Shown here: one piece after another, positions 26,074 to 38,729 of the stretch
How positions within the stretch are numbered: position 1 is the stretch's first letter
How the letters are laid out: each line of letters starts with the position of its first letter
NCBI GenBank assembly: GCA_024679065.1
Contig: JAGIQG010000008.1
Coordinates: forward strand, 69,750,001 to 69,814,000
Direction: 5' to 3'
Source of the DNA: Sphyrna mokarran
Lineage: Eukaryota
Length of the DNA stretch: 64,000 nucleotides
Program-made: the position numbers and the translations under genes
The notes under the pieces: generated by a model
Database searches by the model: none
What the model saw: the letters and a program-made list of their open reading frames with translations, nothing else
Told to the model about the DNA's origin: nothing

Positions 26074-26390
26074 AGAATCCTTACAGTGCAGGAGGCCTAC
26101 TGATTCTGCATCGACTCTCCAAATGCATCTTACCCAGGCCTTATTCCCATAACTCTACATATTTACCCTACTAATCCCCCTAAACTACACATTTTGGGGC
26201 ACTAAGAAACAATTTAGCATGGCTAATCCACCTAAGTCCATACATCTTTAGATTATGGGAGGAAAACAGAGTATGCAGAGGAAACCCACACAGACATAGA
26301 GAGAACATGCAAACTCCACACAATCACTCAAGAAATTGAACCCAGATCCCTGGTGCTGTGAGGCAACTGTGCTAACCACTGTGCCACCAT
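26074..26390 (-). mobile_element. HE1-type V-SINE inserted in a + strand CR1 RT fragment (about 26005-26520)
   Basis: GCTAACCACTGTGCCACC head. The flanks read GKLCLTNL ... DFQKAF. Confidence 0.85.
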
Positions 26391-26799
26391 ACCTCTGGAA
26401 ACATGATAGAGATTTGGAAAACATGACTGATAAATGTAGATATAGAGATTGCGCTTGACATAGTGTGAAAGATTTTCAGAAGGCATTCTATGAGGTGTCT
26501 GAGAAAAGACTTCCTGGAAAACCTTAAGTATTTTTTGGTCTTTTCATTCTTACCTTTATACAACCTCAGAGACTAATGCAACTCAGCATCTGAATTACAT
26601 ATCAATGTTAGGAAGTAGATAAAATATGTTATAATTGTGTGTGTTAACAATAAGCTATAATTTTAGGCTTAGGTTTTAAGTTTAATTTATCTTTCTGAAT
26701 TTGTGCACTCTGGCAACTTGGCTTTGGTTTCACTCCAGTGAATACATGGACTGCCTCTTTAACCTTTCCTCATAAAATAACCAATCCATTCCAGGTATT

Positions 26800-28230
26800 A
26801 AGCTACTAAACCTTATCTGATCTGTTTTCTGATGCATTTACATCCTTCCTTAAATAAAGAGACTAATACTGTACAAAATACTCCAAATGTAGCCTCACCA
26901 ATGCCCTGTATAACTGAAGCATAACCTCTCCACTTCGACATTTCTGTATTTAATTCCCCTTGCAATAAATTATAACATTCTATTAACTTTCCTAATTACC
27001 TGCACCCTAATCTTTTGTTATTCATGCACTAGCATACACACAAATCTATCTGCATCTCAGGGCTCTGCAATTGCTCACTATATAGATAAAATGAGGGGAA
27101 TTTTCCCATCCTACCTGCCATAGGAATCATCGCGGATAGGGACAGACCATGCAAAGATTCATTGACCTCAGGTGGGATTTTCCAATTTGGGACAATGTCC
27201 TCTTCACAACTTACTTTCCAACCAATCTTTGTGTCATCAACAAATTTAGCATCCATACTTTTAGTGCCTTCATCCCATTGCCCATTGTATAAATTGTAAA
27301 ATGCTCAGGTCCAGGACTGCTTCCCATTCATTACGTCTTGCTAACCTGAAAAAGACCCATTTATGCCTACTCTCTGGTTCTTGATAGCCATCCAATCTTC
27401 TATCAATGCTAATATGTAACTCCCTACAGCATGAATTTTCATTTTTTGCAATCATCTTTGATGTGGTACATTATCAAATGCCTTCTGGAAATTTACGCAA
27501 AGTGCTTCACTTTTATGTACAACAATTATTCCTTCTTCAAAGAATTCCAATAAATTGGTTAAATGTGATTTCCCTTTTACAAAATCATGTTAACTCTGCC
27601 TCATTACCTTGAATCTATGTACCTATTATAACGTCTTTAATAATAGTTTCTAGTATTTTCCCTTGACAAGATGTTAAGCAAACTGGCCTGTACTTTCCTG
27701 TTTACTGCCTCCCTCTCATTTTGAATAAAAGAGTTACATTCACTATTTTCCAATCTAATAGGATCTTCCCCGAATCTCGAAAAGTTTGGAAAATTAAAAC
27801 CAATGCATCATCTCAAAAACCACTCGTTTTAAGGCCCTAGAATGAAATCAGTCAGGACCCAGGAACTTGTCAATCTGCAGCTCCAATAATTTGTTCAGTA
27901 CTTGTTCCCTGGTGATTGTGATTTTCTTGAGTGCCTTCCATCTCCCAACTTACAGTCATTTCTTGAATGTTACTGGTATCCTTTATCGTGAAGACCAATG
28001 CAAAATACCTGTTCAATTCATCTTCCATCTCCTTATTTCCCAATATCAATTCTCCACACTCACTTTCTAAAGGATCAAAAGTCATTTTGTTAATTCCTTT
28101 ATTAAAATATCCACACAAACACTTACTATCAGTTTTTATATTTCTAGCTAGCTTTCTCTCAAACTCTAAATTTTCCCTCATTATTAGTCTTTTAGTCATT
28201 CTTTGCTGTTTTTTATATTCTATTGAGTGG
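26800..28230 (-). mobile_element. CR1 LINE ORF2 fragment
   Basis: Motifs ERKLARNIKTDSK..GELILGNKEM.DELNRYFA.VFT and KFVDDTKIG. A MITE is inserted at about 27093-27190. Confidence 0.85.
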
Positions 28231-28406
28231 CATATTTAATGTTATTTTTATTAAGTAACCTAATTGCATGTCTGATTTAGGTGTTGGGAATGAGAACCCA
28301 TCCATCAGAATGAGTGCTGAACGTTGCTCATTCACTTTCTGCAAATAGGCACAGCAGCTACACTGATCCGGAATAGGCAAAAGGGTTGCAGCTGATTGAT
28401 TACAAA

Positions 28407-29785
28407 CAGTGGCGGACTTATATTCTGTGAAGCCCCATGCTCACCTCATTTCTACGCCCCCATGACATTATGCCCATCGCCCTGTGATGCAATGCCCTAT
28501 TCTCAGTGACATAATACCCTACCCCTAATAATGTCACGGCCATCCCATTCTAGTTGCATAGAACACAAAGGCACAAGCCACTAAAATACACAAATTGCTT
28601 AACTGCTGTTAGTGCTTTGTAAAAATATGTCTGTAACAAGCTTACCTCTTGTCAAAATGATGGTAAGTGGGTCATTATTGTGATCTGTGTGTCTTGAGGC
28701 AAGCAAACATGGAACTGGCTGATGGGCAACGAGATGGAAAGATCATCTGATGACATGACTGCAGCACAGTCCGGTGCAGGACAGAATGAGCCAGTGCAGT
28801 GCAGGAGCAAATACTCCAATCAACAAGATGTGTATACTGCCATTCTGCATATCAGTCTCATTCTCAACTAAGTTAACTTCCTTACATCTTCTCACAAAAT
28901 CAAAGCAATTATTGCTGCAAATTCATGTGTGTCCAAAGCCAATATCAGTGGTTATTATTATCTGGCAGGATTCCATCCTTCATCCTCAAGGACTTTCTGA
29001 AGGCTAGCCTTGAGAGCGGTGGGGGATAGCGAATAGAATTATCTGTGTGACCAGCAATCAATATATCAGACCACCAAATTATCCCTTCTGAAAAAGAGAA
29101 TTTAAACAAAAAAAGGGACAAATTTTAAAGATGTTCTTGCTTCATCCTTTATTGGCATGGCAACTTAGATAGCTTTTCTTCTTTTTTCACAACCTCATTG
29201 TTGGCTCAGGCTGCCAGGCCTGTCTTGGCTTCACTCTCTCCCGTCCAACCCTCCTCATCCCCAGCCTGGGGGTAAAGTTGCCCCCACTGCTGCTCCCCTC
29301 GATGATCTATGCGTGCCTCGCTGCTGGCTCAGGCTGCCTGCCTGGCTATCTGCCCTCCTCAGTCCTGACCTAGAGGTCAAGTTGCCTCGCTGCTCCCCTC
29401 AGTAACCCCTGGCAACATTTCCTCAGCCCTTGCACCCGTCCAACTTGACAGCCTTACTGTGCTGGCTCCGGCTCCTCAGCCTTGGGTCAAAAACCTAGCT
29501 GCTGGTTTTTTTTAAAAAAAACTTTTATGGAGATTTTCACTATAGCTCTCTCTCCCCCCAAAACATCCACCTCTGGATGACTTTGAACGGTATTTTCCCA
29601 CTCTAAGGAGACTCGACCAATCAGATACCGATGTTGCTTTGCGTTGCCAGGTAATAGGTTCATTTCGAGCCTATCAGCAAATAGAGAGCTTTCAGACTCT
29701 GATTGGTGCCCCCCATAGCCCATCGGCCAGCGGCCCCCCCCCCCTCCGCTCCACCCCCCAGACATCCTCCGCTACCACCTATTGT
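28407..29785. mobile_element. Possible non-autonomous hAT-like DNA transposon
   Basis: The left end CAGTGGCGGA is typical of hAT TIRs. The right end is degenerate (TCCGCTACCACCTATTG). Internal GC-rich repeats of about 120 bp lie at 29200-29490. No TSD was verified. Confidence 0.4.
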
Positions 29786-30850
29786 GTTTCATTGTAAGTT
29801 CACATCTGATTACAAATGTAACGTAACCAACGGACTCAAATGATTTATACACAGAAAAGCAGATATCCGAGTATTAGAGTGTGAAATGTAATCGAGGATT
29901 CAGACGATTCACACAGGACAAATGAAGGATCTTAAGGGTTAAAGGGTTCATAGACTAAGAGAATGAAGATCAAACCATTTATTACTGTCATCTGAGCCTC
30001 AGATAATATTTCAGCCATGAAGACCCTGTTGATTATTTGAAAAACATATATTACAAAGTTCAGTTTGGGGGCTTTTCTTTAACCAACCACAGCAGTCACG
30101 GTTGCCATTGGCAACGAATGTTCGCCATTATCATGCGATTAGACTCACACTGCACGATTTACAGTTGCAAGCTTTTATATAGAGTTACAGCTAACCGTCC
30201 TTGAAAATAATTTGGTCAATGTGTAATGCTACATTGACCTCCAGTGACAACGCTCACAAACAATCCTTTGAAGAGTGTGTCCCTCTCTGTAATGATTTTT
30301 CTTTGTCTTATGTCCTTGTCTCATCTTTGTTTCCACGAGACATTTATTTTCAACCTATGTCTCTCTTTGTGTGAATGGCTGTCACGTATTTTCTTCCTGG
30401 TGTCTCAGCATCTGTTTCTCGCTGCTACTTCTCATTCTTTCTTGCTAGCTCTTACCGTCGGAAAGTAGAGAGATTTTGCTCCTAAATAAATCTCGATGAC
30501 CCTGAAGTGATCAATTAATGTTGCTATGGGAACAAACTGCGAACATAGCTATAAAGGTTTTTCAACAATGATGGAGAAGTATTCTGAAATGTTTCTTCAT
30601 CTGAATTTGTTCTGAGGTATTTTTGCCACCTGTCGTACAAGGCATTTTGCAATCAATGAAACCATCTGGAAGTCTAAATTTCTCCTTTTTTTTGCAACTT
30701 TTCATTGTACAACGAGAAAAATACCCAAGAATTGGGCTAAAGGCTTATTCTTGGGTCGCCAAGCAACTGTACAAACTACTGCCTTCATCCAATTTTCACA
30801 CAAATAGAATGGAATCTACAGATAATCTAAGAATAATACGGAAATAACAC
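29580..30850. promoter_or_regulatory. CpG-retaining promoter-like island with RFX X-boxes and MYB sites
   Basis: About 30 CpG counted by eye in 1.3 kb of mostly AT-rich DNA. X-boxes: GTTGCCATTGGCAAC 30101-30115 and GTTGCTATGGGAAC 30520-30533. YAACNG sites at 29828, 30099, 30162 and 30192. Confidence 0.55.
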
Positions 30851-31227
30851 ATAATGATTTTGATTGTCCCAAGATTGGGCTAAAGGCAGTTAATAGTCTA
30901 AGTGGAACCACAGAAATTCAGGATAGATTGAAGACTGCTTTCTACCAGTCCTTCTTAGGCAGTTCCCGGGAGTTGAGGGTAACTTGATCCCACACTGAAA
31001 ATGAGTTTGCACATTATTAAGGAGTCAATGCACGACGGACAGTCTCTATCACATGGGAGCAGACGGTAGTTGGAGGAATGGGTGAGTGGGGTGCCCAGGT
31101 TGCTACACGCTCCTTTACAATACAACATAACAAGAGGAGAAATATTGCTTGATTCACTTCTGGGAAATGAAGTGCAGTAAATGACAGATGTGAAAGAAGG
31201 AGGAGAACTAAGCAGCAGTGATCACAT

Positions 31228-31645
31228 TTTGTTTTGATTTGACTTATTATTGTTAAATGTATTAACGTATAATAAAAAGTATTGTTTCTTGCATGCTGTA
31301 CAGACAAAGCATTCTGTTCATAGAGAAGGAAAGCAGAGAGTGCAGAATGTAGTATTATAGTCATAGCTAGGGTGTAGAGAAAGATCAACTTAATGCAAGG
31401 TAGGCTCATTCAAAAGTCTGACAGCAGCTAGGAAGAAACTGTTCTTGAGTCAATTGTTACATGACCTCAGATTTTTGTATCTTTTTCCAATGGAAGAAGG
31501 TGGAAGAGAGAATGTCCAGAGTTCAGGGGATCCTTGATTATGCTGGCTGCTTTGTTGAGGCAGCAGGAAGTGTAGACAGACTCAGTGGATGGGAGGCTGG
31601 TTTGCATGATGGATTGGATTACATTCATGACTTTTGTAGCTGCTT
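31228..31645 (-). mobile_element. Rex1/Babar 3' fragment
   Basis: Same 3' end as 8000-8410. Confidence 0.85.
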
Positions 31646-31659
31646 ACGGTTTAGTTCAA

Positions 31660-33280
31660 TTTCATGTAAGAATTTGGCAAATGGAATATAATGTGAGAAA
31701 ATGTGAATGTGTCTACTTTGGCAGGAAGGATAGAAAAGCTGCATATTATAAATGGAGAGAGACTGCAGATCTTTTGAGGTACAGAAAGATCTGGGTGTTG
31801 TGGCACATGTGTTACAAAAAGCGAGTATGCAGGTATGGCAAATGCATAGTGTGATGTTGCAAAGGGTCAGGCAACAACAAAGGTGGAGTTTAATGACATA
31901 AAGTAGGCAATCAGAAGACCAAGTCAAATACTAAACAATTTATTGATTAACACAGATGAAGGCACATAGCAAGTTCAAGGTCATGAAATTGGAAAATGAT
32001 TCAAGTTGTTGAGGCATCTTCTCATACAGTCTGTAGTCAGGTTCCAAAGTTGTTCATTGTCCAGTCTTGGTCATAATCCACAAAGCACACAGCAAATTGC
32101 ACACAGCAAGTAACCCACATAGGAACTGAATGTCATCCGCACTTTGCACACAGCAAGTAGAATCCCTACAGTGCAGGAGGAGACAGTTTAGCCCATCAAA
32201 TCCGCACCTTACCAAGCCCTTACCAAGCATCTTACCAAGGCCCTTCTCATAACCCCATATATTTACCCTACTAATCCCATAACTTACGCATCTTAGGAGA
32301 CTATGGAGCAATTTACATAGCCAATCAATCCACACAGGAATCCAACACCCTCCTTATTTTCACTATAAGGTTTCATCCTTTTACTATTACCTGTGTGATC
32401 TACTTATATAGTCTATTGAAGGATTTACAACTGATCTCATCTCCAAAGCTGACGGGAAAGCATTTCTGAGTTGAAGGTTGGCAGTTCCTTCTGGGATTGC
32501 CTATGGCCATGCTGTATGAGACTTGGCTGTACTTGCCGTGTTGAATAAGGGACAGATGTGATCTAGAAAGAGAAGGAGGGAAGATTGGAAATACTACTCC
32601 TGAAGCACCCAGCCTCTTGCGACATCATAATGGGAAGGCAAATGGAATGATATTGTTTATTGCAGGAGAATGAAATATAAAAATAGGGATCCTTTGCTAA
32701 AGTGGTGCAGGATATTGGTGAGATCATATCTAGGGTACTATTCACAGTTTTGTTCTTATATAAGAAAATGCATTTGAAAAAGTTTGGAGAAGGTTCACTG
32801 GACTAATATCTGAGATGAAGGGGTTATCCTATAAGATAAAATTGGACAGGTCTGCACGTGGACAATGGAGTCTAGAAGAACGAGAAATGATTTTATTGAA
32901 ACATAAGGGGATTTGACAGAGTGAATTCTGGAAGAATGTTTCTCCTTGTGGGAAAGATCAGAATTAGGGGACACAGTTTAAAAATAAGGGATCCCCCATT
33001 TAAGATGGAGATGAGGATAATTTTTTTTCTCTCAGAGAATCATGATTCTGTGGAATACCCTTCCCCAGAGAATAGTGCTGGCAAGGCCATCAAATATTTT
33101 TACAAATTTTTTGACTCTCATGTTACAAAGATTCTTGACTAACAAGGGAATCGAAGGATGTTGAGGAGGGCAGGATAATGGCATTGAGGCTACAGTCTGA
33201 TCAGCTATGATCTTATTGAATGGTGCTGCAAATTTGAAGGACCGAATGACCAACTCCTGCAGCTAATTTTTATATTTGTT
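31660..33280 (+). mobile_element. CR1 3' fragment split by a solo LTR
   Basis: IWQMEYNVRKCECVYFGRK before the LTR; resumes at 32630 and runs through RIRGHSLKIR to the 3' end. Confidence 0.85.
31850..32629 (-). mobile_element. Solo LTR (about 600 bp plus a nested SINE tail at 32158-32335)
   Basis: Inverted ends TGTGATGTTGCAA / TTGCGACATCATA. Imperfect 4-bp TSD ATAG/ATGG. AATAAA on the minus strand near 31940. It cleanly interrupts the CR1. Confidence 0.7.
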
Positions 33281-34165
33281 AGAATAAAAATGGGCAATGA
33301 AGCATCAAAAGCTAAAAATGGGGCATTAACACATATGAAGGCACGTAGCCAAGTTCAAGGTCATGAAATCAGAAGAAGATTCAAGTTAAATGGGACATGT
33401 AAAAATCCTTATGAGGAAATAATAAAGAATAGTAAAGGCATATAAAAAGTAAAAGAAATGTTAGAGTGGGTAGGATCACACAGAAATGAAGAAGGGAATT
33501 TAAATATTTTTAATTCATTGTTACAATGTATGTGTCACTAATAAAGCCAGAATTTATTGGCCATCTCTAGTTGCCCTGTTGTAATGGAGGTGAATATTCT
33601 ACTTGAGTTACTGATGTCTGGGGTGTTCCCACAGTGCTGGGAATTCCACGGTTTCCGCTTAGTACCAATGAAAGAACTGCCAGATATGTCCATGTCAGGA
33701 TATTGTAATACTTGACCAGAATCTAAATTGTTGGTGAGATCCGGTTAGGGACCAACAACATTTTGTTAAAGTAGGCACAGTTTGAGATCCGAGACACTGA
33801 CTACGTGAAGAAAGCCATGAGATATCACAGTTTTGAACAAACAAAAATGAACTTAACTATTATGTACTGACTCACAGGATGGTGAATGCCAAGCACTCTC
33901 CATCCTTGAATTTCTATCTATGATGTTACATAAAGGTGTATGTGAGGACAGACTGAAAGATTTGTCAGCAAGTGCATAGACACAGAGTAAGGGTCCAAGG
34001 TAAGTTGGTGTGAGGAATGATGTTCTGGAATAGGTTTGAGAAAGCAGAATCTGTATTGTGGTGCACTAAGCAGGATACAGTTGAATATGCCGCCATACTG
34101 AACATACCTTTCTTGTTTGGGTCATTAAACCATTTTGTCATTGAATCCATGACTGTGGTACATAC

Positions 34166-34388
34166 CCCTGCTGCTGATCTCAGGGAAAAACTCCAGCCAT
34201 TCCTTCTTGTTTTCACTGGCAGCCTTCTTTCTCCAGAATTCGGAATAGTATCTCCCTACAGTCCCTCCTAGGACCACATCAGAGGGAGGAGTCACTAAAA
34301 CATCACATTCTTTCAATTTGTTGTCTTTTATTCCCAACTCTAGAATCTGTTCAATTTCACGTTTGCAATGTTTCTTGAAATATTGAAG
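34166..34388 (-). other. Candidate coding exon, product unknown
   Basis: Acceptor gtctatttcag and donor gtatgt enclose 74 open codons, LQYFKKHCKREIEQILELGIKDNKLKECDVLV...FFPEISSR. Not recognisable as a TE. Confidence 0.3.
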
Positions 34389-35004
34389 CTGAAATAGACT
34401 GCAACAGGTTGTCTTCATGCCCGCTCAAGCTAATTGGTTGGGACACCCAGAAATAAAATGATAATACAATGGCTGAGTTAAAAACAAACGCTGGCAGACA
34501 TTTTATACATATTTACAGATTCCCTGTGTGCTACCAGACAACCCCCACTCACCACATTCCAGCTCCCAGTGCAGCAAGAACTTCAAATCCGGGCCAATTA
34601 CTCCATTATTATTGTTAATACCTATTGTAGATGCAAAGTGGTGGAAAATAACAATGTATAAGCAATATTCCCTCTAAGGTGCTTAGAGGCTGCACAGCAA
34701 TTAGCAGTGCATCACACATTGAAATAAACTGGCCACTCACAACTTTTTCAGTTTGTTGGCAACAAGTTCCAACATGACCTTTAAATTGTAAACTGCTCAT
34801 AGACAAAATAATGGTGCTCACAGAATTGTGGAGCCTACTCATGTACAAAGAAAATTTAGACAGAATATTGGCAACCATTCAAGCAATCAGCCCAAAATGA
34901 CAGGGAACTGTCAATGAAGTAACAACTGTAGGCGCCTTTCCTTCTCTCCCAAGTGTTACCATAAACCTGTCTTCCCTCTCTCATCTACTTACTTCGTTCT
35001 CAGC

Positions 35005-36050
35005 TTTGGTACATGAGTAATGTTCCTGCTTTTGAATTAGAAGCTTGTGAGCTGAAAGCCCCACTATAGAGGCCTGAAAATGTAAGGTGGAATTTTATGA
35101 GAATGATTCTAAGTGTCCAGCTGGCATGAATTCATTTTTTGGGTGAGTTTTCATGCACAATTTTACATACTGAAATAACAAAGAACAAAGTTGTTGAAAA
35201 AATGCTTTGGCTGTTTCCATCAGCTACAGGCAGTAGGCTGGGCTTAATTTGCCAGCCAGCCTGTAGAGAGAGCTATTGTGCATGTGCAGATCTCTGGTGC
35301 TGCATATATGCAATTTCAGCAGTGGAGATCTGAGAGGCAGAGAGCGAGCTGTCAGGTCCCTGCTGCTGCAAGCAGTCTGAACAAACTTCAGGCTCCACCC
35401 CCATAGGCACTACCCACTCAAGCCCTATCCCTCCAGTACCTACTTCATCAGATCCTGTCTCATAGGCCCACTGTTATGCTCTGTGCCCACTGAACATTGC
35501 CCATGTGACAGTCTGGCAGTACCAAGGTGCCAGGGTGGCATTGTCAGGCTGGCATTGCCAATGGGGCACCCCCCTTGCCTTTTGTCTCCCTGGGGAGCCT
35601 TACTGACCTGCAGATACACTGGTGAGGCAACACGACTGTTCCCCCTTCACAGGGAGCAAGTGTTTTCCTTGCCAGAGAGAATCTGGCTTAGCAAAGCCAT
35701 AAAGACAAGGGAGCCTGGATGATTGTGTGCCAGGCTCACTAAATTGATGCAAATAAGCATTGAAATAAATTTGAATAAACTATACAGCCTCTCATCTATA
35801 TCCGGCGAATTGTGCATTCTCGTGATTTTTTGATTCATGTGATTTTACCAGCTCGCTCCACCTATTGATGGGCAGGACAAGCTGCAAAAACCACAGTCAT
35901 AATCTAGGCTGACATGTTGGAGGTACCTGTTTTTGGACAAAATTTCAAATTGAGGCTCCATCTTCCTGTGAAGGCAGATGTAAGAGTTCCCAAGGGATTC
36001 TTCTCTAGTGTCCTAGGCAACATTTATTCTTCAATATCATAATAAAAATT
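35005..36050 (+). mobile_element. Deu-domain SINE (SacSINE1-like) interrupted by a Harbinger-like MITE (35085-35899)
   Basis: The SINE head stops at about 35084 and resumes at TAATCTAGGCTGAC ... GATGTAAGAG..AGTGTCCTAGGCAACATTTAT. The MITE ends are AGGTGGAATTTT and AAAACCACAGTC. Confidence 0.65.
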
Positions 36051-36399
36051 TGGCTCTTTGATTAAAATGACAAAAAGATAAGACTTAAGTTTTGATTTTA
36101 GTGTCACAAGTAGGCTTAAAATAACACTGCAATGAGGTTACTATGAAAATCCCTTAGTTTGTTGAACAAGAGAACTCTGTAAACACAAAAGAAATACAAA
36201 AGCTTTTGTTTTTGTACAATAGGAGCAAACGTACAAAAACATTTTTTTTGTGGTTTAACTCTTCAACACAACAAGGATGTTTCTCAGGGGCTCCATCAGC
36301 ACTCTTGGCTTTTCAGCTATGAAAAAGAATAAAGAATAAAAAGGTTTCTTTGACTGGAAAAGTTTGGGAAACCCTGATGTATACAACTATTTTGTTAGG

Positions 36400-37560
36400 A
36401 AAGAAATGGAGGGGAACATTATAGGAAAATGCAAAAACTAAAGAATAATGACAATGGAGGACTTCAATTACTCCAATTGAGATTGGGAAAGTAGAAGTGC
36501 CTTAGGCAAAGTGAGGTAGGAGTTCTTGAAATATGTTCAGGGGAACCTTCTCATTGGTATGTTTCCAGAGCAACAAGGCAGAAAACTGCTGGATCTACTT
36601 CTTGACATGATACCAGGCATATGTAACATTTTCAGGTAGCAAGCATTTGGAGAACAACCTTAATAATAGTTAGGCTTAGAACAGCTATGATAAAGAATAA
36701 ATAACAATTAACTGGAGAAGGGCTAATTTCAGAGCATTAAAAAGAAATCTAGCCAGGGTGGGCTGAAATTCAGAATTAATAGACAAACCAGCAACTGGAA
36801 AAGGGGAAGCCTTCAATAAAGATATCTCTAGGATTCAGAGTCCCCAAGAGAGGAAAGGAAGAGTGTCACTAGCTAGAGCCCACACATTTAGTGATTAAAA
36901 TGAAACAGAAAATTTTCTTTTTTCATGACATATCCAATGTTTATAGCACAGCAGAGAACCAAGCTGGATATAAAAAGTACAGAGGATATCCTAAGAAAAG
37001 AAAATGAAGGGCAAAAAGAGTGAGAAAGATTAATGGATAACTCAAAAGGAAACCCAAATCTTTTATAGGCACATATTTTACCAATAGTAAAACAATAATC
37101 AATATGGAAGGATGGGGCTAATCAGGGATCAGAGATCGGAGACCTAGTGAAGGCAGAGAGTATTGCTGAAGCACCAAACAAGTATGCTGTTTGTCATTAG
37201 AATGGAGAACGTTGCTAATTGGGCAGAGAAGGAGGGGGTCGTAGTGATATTGGACAGGTTACAAATGAATAACGTGGCATTAGGCAATAGTCAAAATAGC
37301 AAAGGTACCAGGTACCTGATGAGCTGAGTTTGAGGGTTTGAGGGTAGTTAAGGTGTAAATTGCTGAGGTTTTGGCCACATAATTGAAATCTCCTTGCATG
37401 TGGTGGTGGAAGCAGATTTAATACCATGGGAATTGGATAATTAGCATAGTTGAAGGTTAAAAAAAGGGCTATAGACCGAAGAACTGTGAGTGGGATTGAT
37501 TGAATTGCTCTTGTATACAAAGACCAAGTAGGATGAATACCCTCCTATGTTGTATCATTA
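36400..37560 (+). mobile_element. Old CR1 ORF2 fragments (EN, linker and 3' end)
   Basis: MEDFNY..DW, LDLLL, NWRRANF and GNPN.F remnants. Confidence 0.75.
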
Positions 37561-38729
37561 TGAAAATGTAGATTGTCTGGTCATTTAAATCACTGTTGAT
37601 AGTGGCATTAGCAGTGGGTAATCTTGATGATACTTATCCATGTACTAAAACAGCAAATAATCCTTCACAGCCTGTATGAAGCCCAAAGAAATGCCCTAAG
37701 ATTGTGGAGGCATATCGCAAACTATGCCTCCTTCTGATCAAATCAAGTCTAACCCTACCAAAACCCAAAAGAATATCTGAAAGCATCTCAATCCAACTCT
37801 TAAGGAAAATCCAGAAGAAAGTCCTGAGAGGAAGCCAAAGAAAAACTTACCTGAACCTCACAAACAAATCCAGGATAAACTCCATCCAAGCCTCAAGAAA
37901 AGAATCTCAGAAAAACTCCAACCAAATGCTGGGTGGCTAATGTGCCCGAATCCTTAAGGAAAATCCAACACAAAAGCTGTCTATATCCAGAGAGAAAATC
38001 CAGGAACATCTCCTTCCTATCTGGAAGTTCAGTGGCTTTGCAGCTGCGGTAGAAACCCAGTGTAGCAAATTTTATATTTTACTTCTGTGTCACAAGATAA
38101 CATTGCTGAGTTGAGGAGCAGGAGTAAGGAAAATTGCCTACTCATCTTAAAGACTAGGTAGTTGACAGAAACGTGAACATGGTAACAGCAGCTACAAGCC
38201 GAAACCTTGACAAACAGGCTTTCAAAAAACAGTATGAGTATTTGTTAGGGTTAAAGGAAGTGATTGTAAAGAGGGAGTAGATGTCCTTACCTAAATAAAG
38301 AAAGAGCAAACAATAAAACTGAAGAAAGATATATGATTAAACCTGACTTACATAAACATCCTCATACAACAAATATTTAATGTGGCAAATTGGCATCCAT
38401 TATAATTGGGATTAACTGTAACAATAATGTCTATAAGTTCTGTAAAAGGTGATTGAGAAATCTCATTGCAACTGGTCATACAACTCCTAGCTTAGAACGG
38501 TAAGAAAATATGACAATATTGTAAGTTAGGAATATCTACTTGTTAAGGTATTAAAATTAACTACTTTATTTGCTGCTTATAATACATTCAAATATAAATC
38601 ACAATCAAATCCTAAGCATCACTCATATGCTTGCTGAACTCTAGTGGCTCCTGGTCTGGCAATACCTCAATTTTAGAATTCCAATCCCATACTTCCAAAT
38701 CCCTCTGTGGCTTCACCCTCTCCACCACA

